Origin: Pirellulales bacterium
GTDB lineage: Bacteria > Planctomycetota > Planctomycetia > Pirellulales > UBA1268
NCBI GenBank assembly: GCA_044358905.1
Contig: JBIKND010000003.1
Span: 1-48,801 of the forward strand
Length of the DNA: 48,801 nt
Reading direction: 5' to 3'
Every line of letters begins with the position of its first letter. The first letter of the stretch is position 1. The notes under the pieces were generated by a model, which was given only the letters and a program-made list of their open reading frames with translations, had not been told where the DNA came from and searched no databases. This document shows, piece after piece, positions 1 through 9,160 of this stretch. A program made the translations under genes and the position numbers.

Positions 1-4
1 TTGC

Positions 5-110
5 AAAGGTGGGGCCTCCGACTTGATCCCGGGCGTGCGGTCGCCTTGCCCCTGAACCGCCCGCCCTTTGACAGGATGCTCCTGTCGGGTCGTAGGCCCC
101 GCCTTTTTTT
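5..110 (+). ncRNA. Candidate structured RNA or branched terminator (three-way junction plus T7 tract)
   Basis: 5-22 pairs with 89-106; 31-41 pairs with 56-66; 70-76 pairs with 80-86; TTTTTTT at 104-110. No family recognised. Confidence 0.4.
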
Positions 111-220
111 GCGCGCCCGGCCGCTCACCGCCGCAGGACCGATCTGCCGCTCGCCGGTATGATCCCTCGGGCCGGCGGCCACGATCGGCCGTCGCCCGTC
201 ATCCCGATCGGAGTCGTGCC

Positions 221-1078
221 GTGAGTCCCCGTCTGCCCGCCGTGATCGGTCAGCACCGCTGCGGCCCCGGGATGCCCCTGCTGCTGATCGCGGGGCCATG
301 CGTCATCGAGAGCGAGTCGCTGTGCCTCGAGATCGCCGAGTCGCTGGCGGAAATCGCCCGCCAATTGCCCGTGCAGGTCGTCTTCAAGGCGTCGTACGAC
401 AAGGCCAACCGCACGAGCGCCGGATCCTTTCGCGGCCCCGGCATCGACGAGGGGCTCGAGGTGCTCGACCGCGTCCGCACGGCCACGGGACTGCCGGTCA
501 CGACCGACGTGCACCTGCCGGAGCAGGCCACGGCCGCCGGGCAGGTGTGCGACATGCTGCAGGTGCCGGCGTTCCTCTGCCGGCAGACCGACCTGCTGCT
601 CGCCGCCGCCGCGACCGGCAAGGCGGTGAACGTCAAGAAAGGGCAGTTCGTCGCACCGGCCGACATGCGGCACGTCGTCGCCAAACTGCTCGCCGGCGGT
701 TGCCGCAACATCCTGCTCTGCGAACGCGGCACGTTCTTCGGCTATGGCCGGCTCGTCAACGACTTCGCGGGCCTGCTGACAATGCGCTCGTTCGGCGTGC
801 CCGTGATCTTCGACGCCACGCACTCCGTCCAGCAGCCGGCCAGCCTCGGTGAGACGACCGGCGGCGACCGCTCGCTCGTCGAGCCGCTGGCGCGGGCCGC
901 GGCGGCCGTCGGCATCGACGGCCTGTTCTTCGAGACCCACCCCGACCCCGACAAGAGCCCGAGCGACGGTCCCAACATGGTGCCGCTGGCCCGGCTGCGC
1001 GGCGTGGTGGAGCGGGTGGTGAGGATTCACGAGGCCCGGCTGGCAGGCGAGCCCGAAGCCGTCGGAGCCGCCCCATGA
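221..1078 (+). CDS. kdsA: 3-deoxy-8-phosphooctulonate (KDO8P) synthase
   Basis: [53 protein letters not shown] motifs. Start moved to GTG 221 (GGAG at 210-213). Confidence 0.95.
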   Translation: MSPRLPAVIGQHRCGPGMPLLLIAGPCVIESESLCLEIAESLAEIARQLPVQVVFKASYDKANRTSAGSFRGPGIDEGLEVLDRVRTATGLPVTTDVHLPEQATAAGQVCDMLQVPAFLCRQTDLLLAAAATGKAVNVKKGQFVAPADMRHVVAKLLAGGCRNILLCERGTFFGYGRLVNDFAGLLTMRSFGVPVIFDATHSVQQPASLGETTGGDRSLVEPLARAAAAVGIDGLFFETHPDPDKSPSDGPNMVPLARLRGVVERVVRIHEARLAGEPEAVGAAP

Positions 1079-2700
1079 GCCGGCCCATCGGCATCGTGGC
1101 GGCCGGCATCGCGGTGTGCTTGGTCGGCTGCGGCCGGCCGGCCGTGTCGCCGAGCCGATCCAGTGGCGCGCCGGCAGTGCCGGCGGCGGTGCGGGAGAAA
1201 CTGCTCGACGGTGCCGTGTCGGTGCTCGAGCGGCTCGACCAGTTCGACGAGGCGGCCGCCTACGCGCAGGTCTTCGACCGGCTCAACCAGTGGAGTCACG
1301 CCCGGCCTGGTGCGGCCGCTTCCTGGACGCCCGACCCGTTGGTGGCGACGCTCCCGGAGCCGTTGCGACCGCTGGCGAGCGAGGCCGCGTTGGGCAGTTC
1401 CACCTTCGACGCCGCCGGCGACGTGACGGCCCTGCGGGATGACCGCTGGCTGGCGGACATCGCCCGCCAGGTGCGGGCCGGCGTGGCGCCGGACGACGAG
1501 CTGGCCGCGGCGGTCGCCCTCTTCCGCTGGACGGTGCGGTCGCTGGCCCCGGTGAGCGATCCGCCGATGGTGCCGACTGCCTCCAATCCCGGCAGCCGGT
1601 GGATGCTGCCCGGCGAGATCCTGCTCGCCGGGCGGGCCAGTGCCGCCCAACGGGCCTGGATCTTTCTCGAACTGCTGCGGCACGCGGGCCTCGAGGGCGT
1701 GATGCTGGCGACGGGCGACCAGGATTCAGGCCCGCCGCGGCCCTGGCTGCCGGCGCTCGTGTCGGGTGGCGAGGCGTATCTCTTCGAGCCGGCCTACGGC
1801 ATGCCGATCCCCGGCCCGGGCGGCGTCGGTGTCGCCACAGCCCGCCAGGCTGCCGCCGACCCGGGCGTGCTGGCTGGGCTCTCGCTGCCCGATCGGTCGT
1901 ATCCGGTTCAGGCGCCCGACATGGCGCGGCTCGCGGTGCTCGTCGCCGCCGACCCCTGGTGCCTGTCGCGCCGGATGGCCGACCTGGATGCCGAAGTCGG
2001 CGCCGCCGCCGGCTGGCGGCTGGTCATCGCGCCCACGCCGCTGGCGGATCGGGCCCGCGCGGCGTTGCCCGGCGCCGCCACCACGGGCCTGTGGACGTTT
2101 CCCTGGGAAACGCTCGCCCGCCGGCGCGACGCGGCTGCGACGACGGCGATGCTGGGCCGCGAACTGGCGCCGCTCGCGGTCGCCTTCACATCGGTCGGTG
2201 GCGAGCGGGCCGCGCGGATGGGGCCGCGGGTGGTGCGGCCCCTGATGGCCGCGCGGATCCGGGAGTTTCGGGGCGACCTCGACGGGGCCGACGGCGCCAA
2301 GGCGTCGTATCTGGCGGCCCGGCCGAGTCGCCAGGTGATCGCGGCCGCCGTGGCTGCGGCGCCGCCGGAGCAGGCGGAATCGCTGAAACGGCTGTACGGC
2401 CAGATGAAGGAGGACGCCACCTACTGGCTCGGCGTGCTGACGCTGGGCGAGGGTGAGTATGCGGCGGCCGTCGACTATTTGGAGCGGATGACGCTGGCAG
2501 CCGCACCCGACAGTCGGTGGGCCGATGCCGCGCGGCTCAATCTGGCGGAGGCGTTCGTGGCGCTCGGCCGGGAGGCCGACGCCGTGCCGTTGTTGCGTGC
2601 CGACGCGTCGCCGCAGCGGTTCGGCAGCCGCCTCCGGGCGGATGCCTTGGCGAAGCCCGTTTCCGGGGCGGCCGCGGAAGCTGGGGCGGATCAAAAGTGA
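1075..2700 (+). CDS. Putative lipoprotein with C-terminal TPR-like helices
   Basis: Lipobox-like CLVGC; ATGA overlap with kdsA stop; TPR-like [22 protein letters not shown]. Confidence 0.75.
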   Translation: MSRPIGIVAAGIAVCLVGCGRPAVSPSRSSGAPAVPAAVREKLLDGAVSVLERLDQFDEAAAYAQVFDRLNQWSHARPGAAASWTPDPLVATLPEPLRPLASEAALGSSTFDAAGDVTALRDDRWLADIARQVRAGVAPDDELAAAVALFRWTVRSLAPVSDPPMVPTASNPGSRWMLPGEILLAGRASAAQRAWIFLELLRHAGLEGVMLATGDQDSGPPRPWLPALVSGGEAYLFEPAYGMPIPGPGGVGVATARQAAADPGVLAGLSLPDRSYPVQAPDMARLAVLVAADPWCLSRRMADLDAEVGAAAGWRLVIAPTPLADRARAALPGAATTGLWTFPWETLARRRDAAATTAMLGRELAPLAVAFTSVGGERAARMGPRVVRPLMAARIREFRGDLDGADGAKASYLAARPSRQVIAAAVAAAPPEQAESLKRLYGQMKEDATYWLGVLTLGEGEYAAAVDYLERMTLAAAPDSRWADAARLNLAEAFVALGREADAVPLLRADASPQRFGSRLRADALAKPVSGAAAEAGADQK

Positions 2701-2749
2701 ATCCCGGCCCCTGAAACGCCGATTTCCCCGGTGTCGGCGCAGGGCCGCG

Positions 2750-2778
2750 TTGCCGGCCCGAGCGACAGCGGGTAACCT
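2750..2778 (+). promoter_or_regulatory. Putative sigma70 promoter of rpmE-prfA-prmC
   Basis: TTGCCG (2750-2755), 17-bp spacer, TAACCT (2773-2778), upstream of a purine-rich RBS. Confidence 0.55.
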
Positions 2779-2804
2779 ACTGGGCTCCCCGGAGGAAGAG
2801 GATC

Positions 2805-3065
2805 ATGAAAGACGGCATTCACCCCAAGTATGGCGAGACGGTCGTCCGCTGCGGCTGCGGCAACACGTTCTCCACGCGCAGCACCGTGTCCGAGATCAAG
2901 GTCGACATCTGCAACGTCTGCCATCCGTTCTTCACCGGGAAGCTGAAGTTCGTCGACACGGCCGGCCGGATCGAGAAGTTCAAGAGCAAGTTCGCCGGCG
3001 CCGGCTACGCCAGCCTGAAAAAGAAGAAGGCGGGAGCGGCGGCGGCCGAGGCGCCCGCGTCCTGA
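2805..3065 (+). CDS. rpmE: 50S ribosomal protein L31 (zinc-binding type)
   Basis: [33 protein letters not shown]. Confidence 0.97.
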   Translation: MKDGIHPKYGETVVRCGCGNTFSTRSTVSEIKVDICNVCHPFFTGKLKFVDTAGRIEKFKSKFAGAGYASLKKKKAGAAAAEAPAS

Positions 3066-3068
3066 TTC

Positions 3069-4151
3069 ATGCGCGACGAGCTGGAAGCCAGGCTCGCCCG
3101 GTTCGAGGAACTGGAGCGAGCGATGGTCGATCCCGAGGTGCTGGCGGACCAGCAGCGGCTGTCGGCGACCGCCCGTGAGCACGGCACGCTGGCCCGTCTG
3201 GCCCTCAAGTACCGGCAGTTCGTCGGCCTGGAGCGGCAGATCGACGACCTCCAAGGGATGATCCGCGGCGCCGACCACGACCTGCGGGCGCTGGCGGTGG
3301 CCGAGCTCCCCGAGCTCGAGGGCCGGCGGGAGCAGGAGTGGGACGAACTCCTCGAACTCTGCTCGGACGACGAGGACGCCGACCGCGCGCGGTGCATCAT
3401 GGAGCTGCGGGCGGGCACCGGCGGCGACGAGGCGGCGTTGTTCGTCCGCGACCTCTACGAGATGTACCGCCGCTACGGCGTTGAGCGGGGCTGGAGTTTC
3501 GAGGTCCTCGACGCGAGTCCTACCGAGCTCGGCGGCTTCAAGGATCTGGTGCTCGGCGTCTCGGGCGAGGCCGTGTATCGCAAACTGCAGCACGAGAGCG
3601 GCGGCCACCGCGTGCAGCGGGTGCCCGACACGGAGACCAAGGGGCGGATCCACACGTCGGCGGCGACCGTGGCCGTGCTCCCCGAGCCCGAGGACGTGGA
3701 GGTTTCGCTCTCCCCCGACGAGTACCGCAAGGACCTGTTCTGCGCGAGCGGCCCCGGCGGCCAGCACGTCAACAAGACCGCTTCGGCCGTCCGCCTCACC
3801 CACCTCGAGACGGGGATCGTCGTGCAGTGCCAGGACGAGAAGAGCCAGCACAAGAACCTCGCCAAGGCGCTGCGGGTACTGAAGACGCGGCTCTACGAAT
3901 ACCGACGGAACATCGAGCATCAGAAGCGGTCCGCGGAGCGGAAGACGCTCGTCGGCTCGGGCGACCGCAGCCAACGCATTCGCACCTACAACTTTCCGCA
4001 GAACCGCGTCACCGACCACCGCATCAACGAGAGCTTCACGCTCGACCAGGTGATGGCCGGCCGGCTCGGGCTGGTGCTCGACGCGATCGAGCAGCACGCT
4101 CGGCGGGAGCGGAAGGCCGCGATGGAAAGTTCCGCCAAGCCCGCCGGCTGA
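3069..4151 (+). CDS. prfA: Peptide chain release factor 1
   Basis: [27 protein letters not shown] (PxT motif), [25 protein letters not shown]. Confidence 0.97.
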   Translation: MRDELEARLARFEELERAMVDPEVLADQQRLSATAREHGTLARLALKYRQFVGLERQIDDLQGMIRGADHDLRALAVAELPELEGRREQEWDELLELCSDDEDADRARCIMELRAGTGGDEAALFVRDLYEMYRRYGVERGWSFEVLDASPTELGGFKDLVLGVSGEAVYRKLQHESGGHRVQRVPDTETKGRIHTSAATVAVLPEPEDVEVSLSPDEYRKDLFCASGPGGQHVNKTASAVRLTHLETGIVVQCQDEKSQHKNLAKALRVLKTRLYEYRRNIEHQKRSAERKTLVGSGDRSQRIRTYNFPQNRVTDHRINESFTLDQVMAGRLGLVLDAIEQHARRERKAAMESSAKPAG

Positions 4152-4173
4152 CGCGCCCCCCAGGAACCCGCCC

Positions 4174-5067
4174 ATGGCCGCTCCCCCGCAGCCGGAATCG
4201 CCCGATACCGCCGAGGTCTGGACGGTCGGCCGTCTGCTCAACTGGACGACCGACTGGCTGACGGCCCGCGGGGCCGATTCGCCGCGGCTCGACGCCGAGG
4301 TGCTGCTGGCGCATGTGCGCGGCTGCCCGCGGATCGCCCTCTACACCGCCTTCGACACGCCCGTCGCCGAGGCCGAGCGCGGTCGGTTCCGTGAGCTCGT
4401 CAAGCGGCGCGGGGCCGGCGAGCCGGTGGCCTACCTGGTGGGCAGCCGGGAGTTTTTCTCGCTGCCGTTCGCGGTGGATAAGGCGGTGCTCGTGCCGCGG
4501 CCCGAGACGGAGGGGCTCGTGGTCCGCGTGCTCGACCTGTGCCGCGCTGCGGCCGCCCCGCGGATCATCGACGTGGGCACGGGGTCCGGCGCGATCGTCG
4601 TGGCCTTGGCCAAGCACCTGCCGCGGGCCACGTTCGCGGCCACCGACGTTTCCGCGGAGGCCCTCGAGGTGGCGCGGGCCAACGCCGAGCGGCACGGCGT
4701 CGGCGAGCGGATCACGTTCCTCCACGGCGACCTGCTCGCCGCCGCGGCGGGGCCGTGGGACGTGATCGTCAGCAACCCGCCGTACGTCCGCGATGACGAG
4801 TTCGCCGCCCTGCCCCGCGACGTGCGCGACCACGAGCCGCGGGGGGCGCTGGTGTCCGGCCCGACCGGCGTGGAATTGGTCGAGCGGCTGGCGGACGCGG
4901 CCGCCGCGGCGCTCGTGCCCGGTGGCTGGCTGGTCGTGGAGATCGGTCCGGCCGTGGCGGCGGCGGCCGAGGCGGCGTTCGCGGCACGGCCGGCTCTCGA
5001 GCCCGGCCCCACGCTCAAGGATCTCGCCGGCCTGCCCAGGATCGTGCAGGCCCGGCGTTGCGATTGA
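4174..5067 (+). CDS. prmC: Release factor glutamine methyltransferase
   Basis: GEPVAYLVG, VLVPRPETE, DVGTGSGAI, VSNPPY; follows prfA. Confidence 0.95.
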   Translation: MAAPPQPESPDTAEVWTVGRLLNWTTDWLTARGADSPRLDAEVLLAHVRGCPRIALYTAFDTPVAEAERGRFRELVKRRGAGEPVAYLVGSREFFSLPFAVDKAVLVPRPETEGLVVRVLDLCRAAAAPRIIDVGTGSGAIVVALAKHLPRATFAATDVSAEALEVARANAERHGVGERITFLHGDLLAAAAGPWDVIVSNPPYVRDDEFAALPRDVRDHEPRGALVSGPTGVELVERLADAAAAALVPGGWLVVEIGPAVAAAAEAAFAARPALEPGPTLKDLAGLPRIVQARRCD

Positions 5068-5089
5068 CCGGCTACCGCGTTGCGTTCGC

Positions 5090-5194
5090 CCTTGTAGCGG
5101 CGGTCTGTGACCGTCGATCTCCGACCTTGTAGCGGCGGTCTCCGACCTTGTAGCGGCGGTCTCCGACCTTGTAGCGGCGGTCTCTGACCGCCGA
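5090..5194. repeat. GTAG-type REP cluster with 21-bp tandem units
   Basis: CCTTGTAGCGGCGGTCT at 5090, 5125, 5146 and 5167. Outer copies have the full palindrome; the inner two are identical truncated 21-mers. Confidence 0.8.
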
Positions 5195-5237
5195 TGCCTG
5201 CCCCTCCTGCGCATTATCCCTGCCTTCCGGCTGCGGC

Positions 5238-5975
5238 GTGCCGCCGCCCGCCGATGTGGCGTTTCCCGGCCCGGACACGGCCAACTTTCCCGACAGCCCG
5301 TTTACGCTGCCCAAGGGCCGCTCGATGATCGAGACGATCCCGTGCTCCTATGCGTTCCCGGGGCCGGGCACGCCGGCGAGTTGGTCGTGGCCGTTCCTGA
5401 TGCGCACGGGGCTCACCGACGACGTCGAACTGCGGTTCTATTCCCAGGGGCCGACCGTCGTCGGCGCCGCCGCCGGTCAGCCGGGCTACGACGGTTTCGC
5501 GCCGCTGGTGTTCGACATCAAGATGCACCTCTGGGGCGAGCGCGACTGGAGGTACTGGCCGGTCGTCGGCGTGGAGGCCTTTCTCGTCAGCGGGATCGCG
5601 TCGCGGCCGTTTCAGGTCGGCACTGAACCCGGCCTCCAACTCCTCGTGGAGCACCGGCTTCCCGGCGACATCATCGTGGAATGGAACGTGGGCTACTACG
5701 GCTCTGGCGACCCTTCCCTTCCCGATGACCTGAGCAGCCCGTACGTCGGGGCCTCGTGGGCGGTGCAAAAGCAGTTGCGCGAAGACTTCTCCGTCTTTTA
5801 TCAAGGGTTTTTTAACAACGCGAACTTTCCCTACTTTCCCTCCGATCTCGTGAGCGGCTTCGGCGCCCAGTGGAACGCCACCCGTCGGCTCGCCCTCTTC
5901 GGCAGCTACAACTGGTCGCTCGACGGTAAGGGCAGCCCATCCGGCGGCTACGCCGGGTTCGCCTACGCCTACTGA
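5238..5975 (+). CDS. Putative outer-membrane beta-barrel (MetA-pathway 'transporter'-like); start uncertain
   Basis: DSPFTLPKGRSMIE, LMRTGLTDDVELR, amphipathic strands, C-terminal GFAYAY. No signal peptide visible. Confidence 0.65.
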   Translation: MPPPADVAFPGPDTANFPDSPFTLPKGRSMIETIPCSYAFPGPGTPASWSWPFLMRTGLTDDVELRFYSQGPTVVGAAAGQPGYDGFAPLVFDIKMHLWGERDWRYWPVVGVEAFLVSGIASRPFQVGTEPGLQLLVEHRLPGDIIVEWNVGYYGSGDPSLPDDLSSPYVGASWAVQKQLREDFSVFYQGFFNNANFPYFPSDLVSGFGAQWNATRRLALFGSYNWSLDGKGSPSGGYAGFAYAY

Positions 5976-6029
5976 ACGGCCTGCGGACTGATGGCACACG
6001 CCATTTCCCGCTCGAAAGACTTTTGGGTC

Positions 6030-6230
6030 CATCCGGGTTTCCCGTGGGTCGGGAGTGCCCCTACCACGTCTCCGGACGTTCGCTGCGGACCTCCGGTCCT
6101 TCGCTCACTGCATGTCCGCTTCGCTTCGGCATCCGTGCCTGCGCTCGCTCCCATAGCCCGGCGACATGGTACGGGCACCCCCTCCTGGATCCTCTCACCC
6201 ACGAACGACTCGGAAAGACAAGATTTTTTT
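6030..6230. other. Structured intergenic element (MITE-like or ncRNA)
   Basis: 6043-6049 pairs with 6197-6203; 6055-6070 pairs with 6163-6178 (14/16); inner hairpins at 6087-6099 and 6128-6139; T7 at 6224-6230. Confidence 0.45.
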
Positions 6231-6313
6231 GCCCCTCCTGGCCTCGGCGCACGCTTTAAGAGATAGGCGGCCGGTGGTGCCGCCGCGACCGCAGGGCTGG
6301 CGAGGGCGAGGCG

Positions 6314-8956
6314 ATGGATTCGGGACACGCGACGGCATGGCTGACGGCGGCGTGGGGCCGCGGGGCTGAATGGCTCCACATGTGGACCGCGCGGGCGCGG
6401 AGTGTGTGGTTCACGGCGCGGGCGCACCTGCGATCCGATCCCCTTCCCTGCCGGCCGCTGGTCCTGGTTGCGGCGCTATTCGTTGCCGGCTGTGCCGGGG
6501 TGCGGGCCCTGCCTGACGTGCACGGGGGCTGGGCCTTGCCGGCGTGGGGCGCGGCGTTCATCGGTCTGACGGCATGGGCCGGGTGTGCGTGGCGCGGCCG
6601 GATGTGGGTGGCGACGCTCGGCCTGCAGGCGGCGATTCTGTGCCTCGGCGCGGCGTGGAGCGCGGCGCGGTTCGATCTGTTTCGGGCCGACGACCTGGCC
6701 TGGCATCTCGGGGATGCCCCCGTGCCGATCGCCGTCGTGGGGACGGTCGTGGAGTCGCCGCGGTCGTTGCCCACGCCGGCCGGCGACCCGCGACGGGCGG
6801 CGGCGATCGGCCCGGCGAGCGAGTGCGTCGTGATCGTCGAGCGGCTTAGGCACGGCAGCCGCTGGCGACCGGCGACGGGCCGGGCCGCCATCGTCATCGA
6901 CGGCGATGCCCCCGACCTCGTGCCCGGCAGTCGCGTGCGGGTGCTCGGTCGCGGGCTGCGGCCCGCGCCGGCGGGCAACCCGGGTGAGTTCGACTTCCGG
7001 CTCCGGGCCCGCGCGCAGCGGTGCCTGGCGATCGTGCGGACGCGGGCCGCGGATCTGCGGGTGTTGTCCACGCCCCCCTGGTGGTGGCCGCCGGTGGCGC
7101 TCGAACGGCTCCGGCGGCAGGGCGAGGCGGCGCTCGAGCGATACGTGGCGCCGCAGCGGGCAGCGCTCGCCGCGGCCCTGCTCTTGGGCCGGCGCGACGC
7201 CCTGCCCCGCGAGGAGACCGACGACTTCCTCGTCACCGGCACCGTCCACATCCTCTCGATTTCCGGCTTGCACGTCGGCCTCCTTGCGCTCGGCCTCTTC
7301 AAGGTCCTGCGGCTGGCCTGCCTGCCGCGGCGTTGGTCGCTCGTGGCCGTCGCGGCGGTCACGGGGCTCTACATGCTGCTCGTGCAGGCCGAGACGCCCG
7401 TCGTGCGGGCCACGCTCCTCGTCTGGCTGGCGTGCATCGCGGCGGCCGTGGGCCGGCGGTCGACGGGGATCAATGGCCTGGCCGTGGCGGCCGTGGTCGT
7501 GCTCGCGTGCCGGCCGGGGGAAGTGTTCAGTGCCGGGGCCCAGCTCTCGTTTCTCTCCACGGCCGTGCTCGTCGGCGTGGCGCGGCTGCTGCCGCCGCAG
7601 CGCGGGCCGACCGACCCGATCGACCGGCTCATCGAGCGCAGCCGGTCGCCGGTCGAGCGGCTGGTGCGGCGCTGCGGCTGGAACGTGTGGACGCTGTTCG
7701 CCGCCGGCGCGGCGGTGTGGGTGGCGACGCTGCCACTGGTGGCGGCGCGGTTTCATGTCGTCAGCCCGGTGGGCCTCGTGCTCAACGTGCTCGTCGCGCC
7801 GTTCGTCGCGCTCGCCATGGCCTGCGGCCTGGGCTGCCTGCTCGCGGCCCCCTGCTCCGCCCTGCTCGCCGGCTGGTGCGGTGCCGGCTGCGACGCGGCG
7901 CTGGCGTGCATCGGCTGGCTCGTGTCGTGGGGCGCGGTGGTGCCAGGCGGACACGTCTGGCTCGCAGGGCCGCCGGCGTGGTGGGTGGCCGGCTGGTATG
8001 TGCTTTTCGCAGCCGTCTTGATCGGCCTGCCAAAGCCGCGGCTCGGGCGGCCGATCACCTGGGCGGCCGTCGCGGCCGGCTGGATCGCCGTGGGGCTCGC
8101 GGCCCACGGCGCGATGCGGTTGCTGGAGGGCGGGCCGCGGGAGATGCGGGCCGTGGTGGCGGCGCTCGGGCATGGCTGCGGGATCGTCGTCCGGTCGCCG
8201 ACCGGCCGTTGCCTCGTGTACGACGCGGGCCGTCTTGGTGCGCCCGGGGCGGCCCGGCGGGCGATGGCCGCGGTGCTCTGGGACGAGGGCGTGTCGCGGA
8301 TCGACACGCTCGTCATCTCGCACGCGGACGCCGACCACTTCAACGCGGTGCCCGAGCTGCTCGAGCGGTTCAGCGTCGGCGAGATCGTCGTCACCGAGGC
8401 GTTCTGCCGCAGCCCATCCGGCGGCGTCGCCGACCTGCGTGCCCGGGCCGCTTCGCGAAGCGTGCCGATCCGGACGGTGCGGGCGGGCGACTCGTTCGCG
8501 GTCGATCCGCTGTGCCGCGTGCGCGTGCTGCGGGACGGTGCCGGGGCGGTCGTGGCTGCCGACAACGAGCGCAGTCTGGTGATGGCCGTCGAGGCGGCGG
8601 GGCGTCGGCTCCTGCTCACGGGCGACCTCGAGGGGCCGGCGCTCGCCGATTTCGTGGCGGCCGGCCCCGACTCGTGCGACGTGCTCGTGGCCCCGCATCA
8701 CGGCACCCGCACGAGCCTGCCGGCCGACATCGCGCGCGCGACGCGCCCGGGCCTCGTGCTCGTCAGCGGCGTCGGTGGCCCGGCGTGGCCGGAGGTAAGT
8801 TCCGCCTACCGCACCGCCGCCGGCGATGCGATCGTGCTGAAGACGGGAGGCGAGGGCGCGATCGCGATCACGCTGACAGCGGCGACCGTGGACGTGTCGC
8901 GATACTCCGACGGCCACTGGCGAAAACTGCCCGCGGCCAGCAGTGACGGTCTCTGA
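6314..8956 (+). CDS. comEC: ComEC/Rec2 competence protein
   Basis: NPGEFDF, TGTVHILSISGLH, many TM segments, metallo-beta-lactamase SHADADH, LLTGD, APHHG. Start uncertain. Confidence 0.9.
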   Translation: MDSGHATAWLTAAWGRGAEWLHMWTARARSVWFTARAHLRSDPLPCRPLVLVAALFVAGCAGVRALPDVHGGWALPAWGAAFIGLTAWAGCAWRGRMWVATLGLQAAILCLGAAWSAARFDLFRADDLAWHLGDAPVPIAVVGTVVESPRSLPTPAGDPRRAAAIGPASECVVIVERLRHGSRWRPATGRAAIVIDGDAPDLVPGSRVRVLGRGLRPAPAGNPGEFDFRLRARAQRCLAIVRTRAADLRVLSTPPWWWPPVALERLRRQGEAALERYVAPQRAALAAALLLGRRDALPREETDDFLVTGTVHILSISGLHVGLLALGLFKVLRLACLPRRWSLVAVAAVTGLYMLLVQAETPVVRATLLVWLACIAAAVGRRSTGINGLAVAAVVVLACRPGEVFSAGAQLSFLSTAVLVGVARLLPPQRGPTDPIDRLIERSRSPVERLVRRCGWNVWTLFAAGAAVWVATLPLVAARFHVVSPVGLVLNVLVAPFVALAMACGLGCLLAAPCSALLAGWCGAGCDAALACIGWLVSWGAVVPGGHVWLAGPPAWWVAGWYVLFAAVLIGLPKPRLGRPITWAAVAAGWIAVGLAAHGAMRLLEGGPREMRAVVAALGHGCGIVVRSPTGRCLVYDAGRLGAPGAARRAMAAVLWDEGVSRIDTLVISHADADHFNAVPELLERFSVGEIVVTEAFCRSPSGGVADLRARAASRSVPIRTVRAGDSFAVDPLCRVRVLRDGAGAVVAADNERSLVMAVEAAGRRLLLTGDLEGPALADFVAAGPDSCDVLVAPHHGTRTSLPADIARATRPGLVLVSGVGGPAWPEVSSAYRTAAGDAIVLKTGGEGAIAITLTAATVDVSRYSDGHWRKLPAASSDGL

Positions 8957-8961
8957 CCGTC
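8945..8961. repeat. Degenerate REP copy overlapping the comEC stop
   Basis: GACGGTC-TCT-GACCGTC shares the CGGTCTCTGACCG core with the 5.1-kb REPs. Confidence 0.5.
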
Positions 8962-9160
8962 GAATCCGCGCCGCATCGGCCGACCCTCACAAACATCTCA
9001 CGATCGGGCCGTTTAACGATGCTCCCCCTTGATGGAGTACGATCCCGCCCTTGTCGGGATCCCCGTCAATTCCTGCCTGCCCCGCTTCCGCTGCCCGATC
9101 GTCCCGCCCTGCCCACCTGCCCGCGGCCCCGAGTTGGACCGCGTTTCCCTGGAGTCTTGT

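Noticed and set aside
5090-5194. Possible CRISPR array
   Set aside because: Units are contiguous with no unique spacers and no cas genes are present; fits REP tandem repeats.
6160-6175. Sixth operator site (GTACGGG)
   Set aside because: Only a half-site, and it is part of the stem of the structured element.
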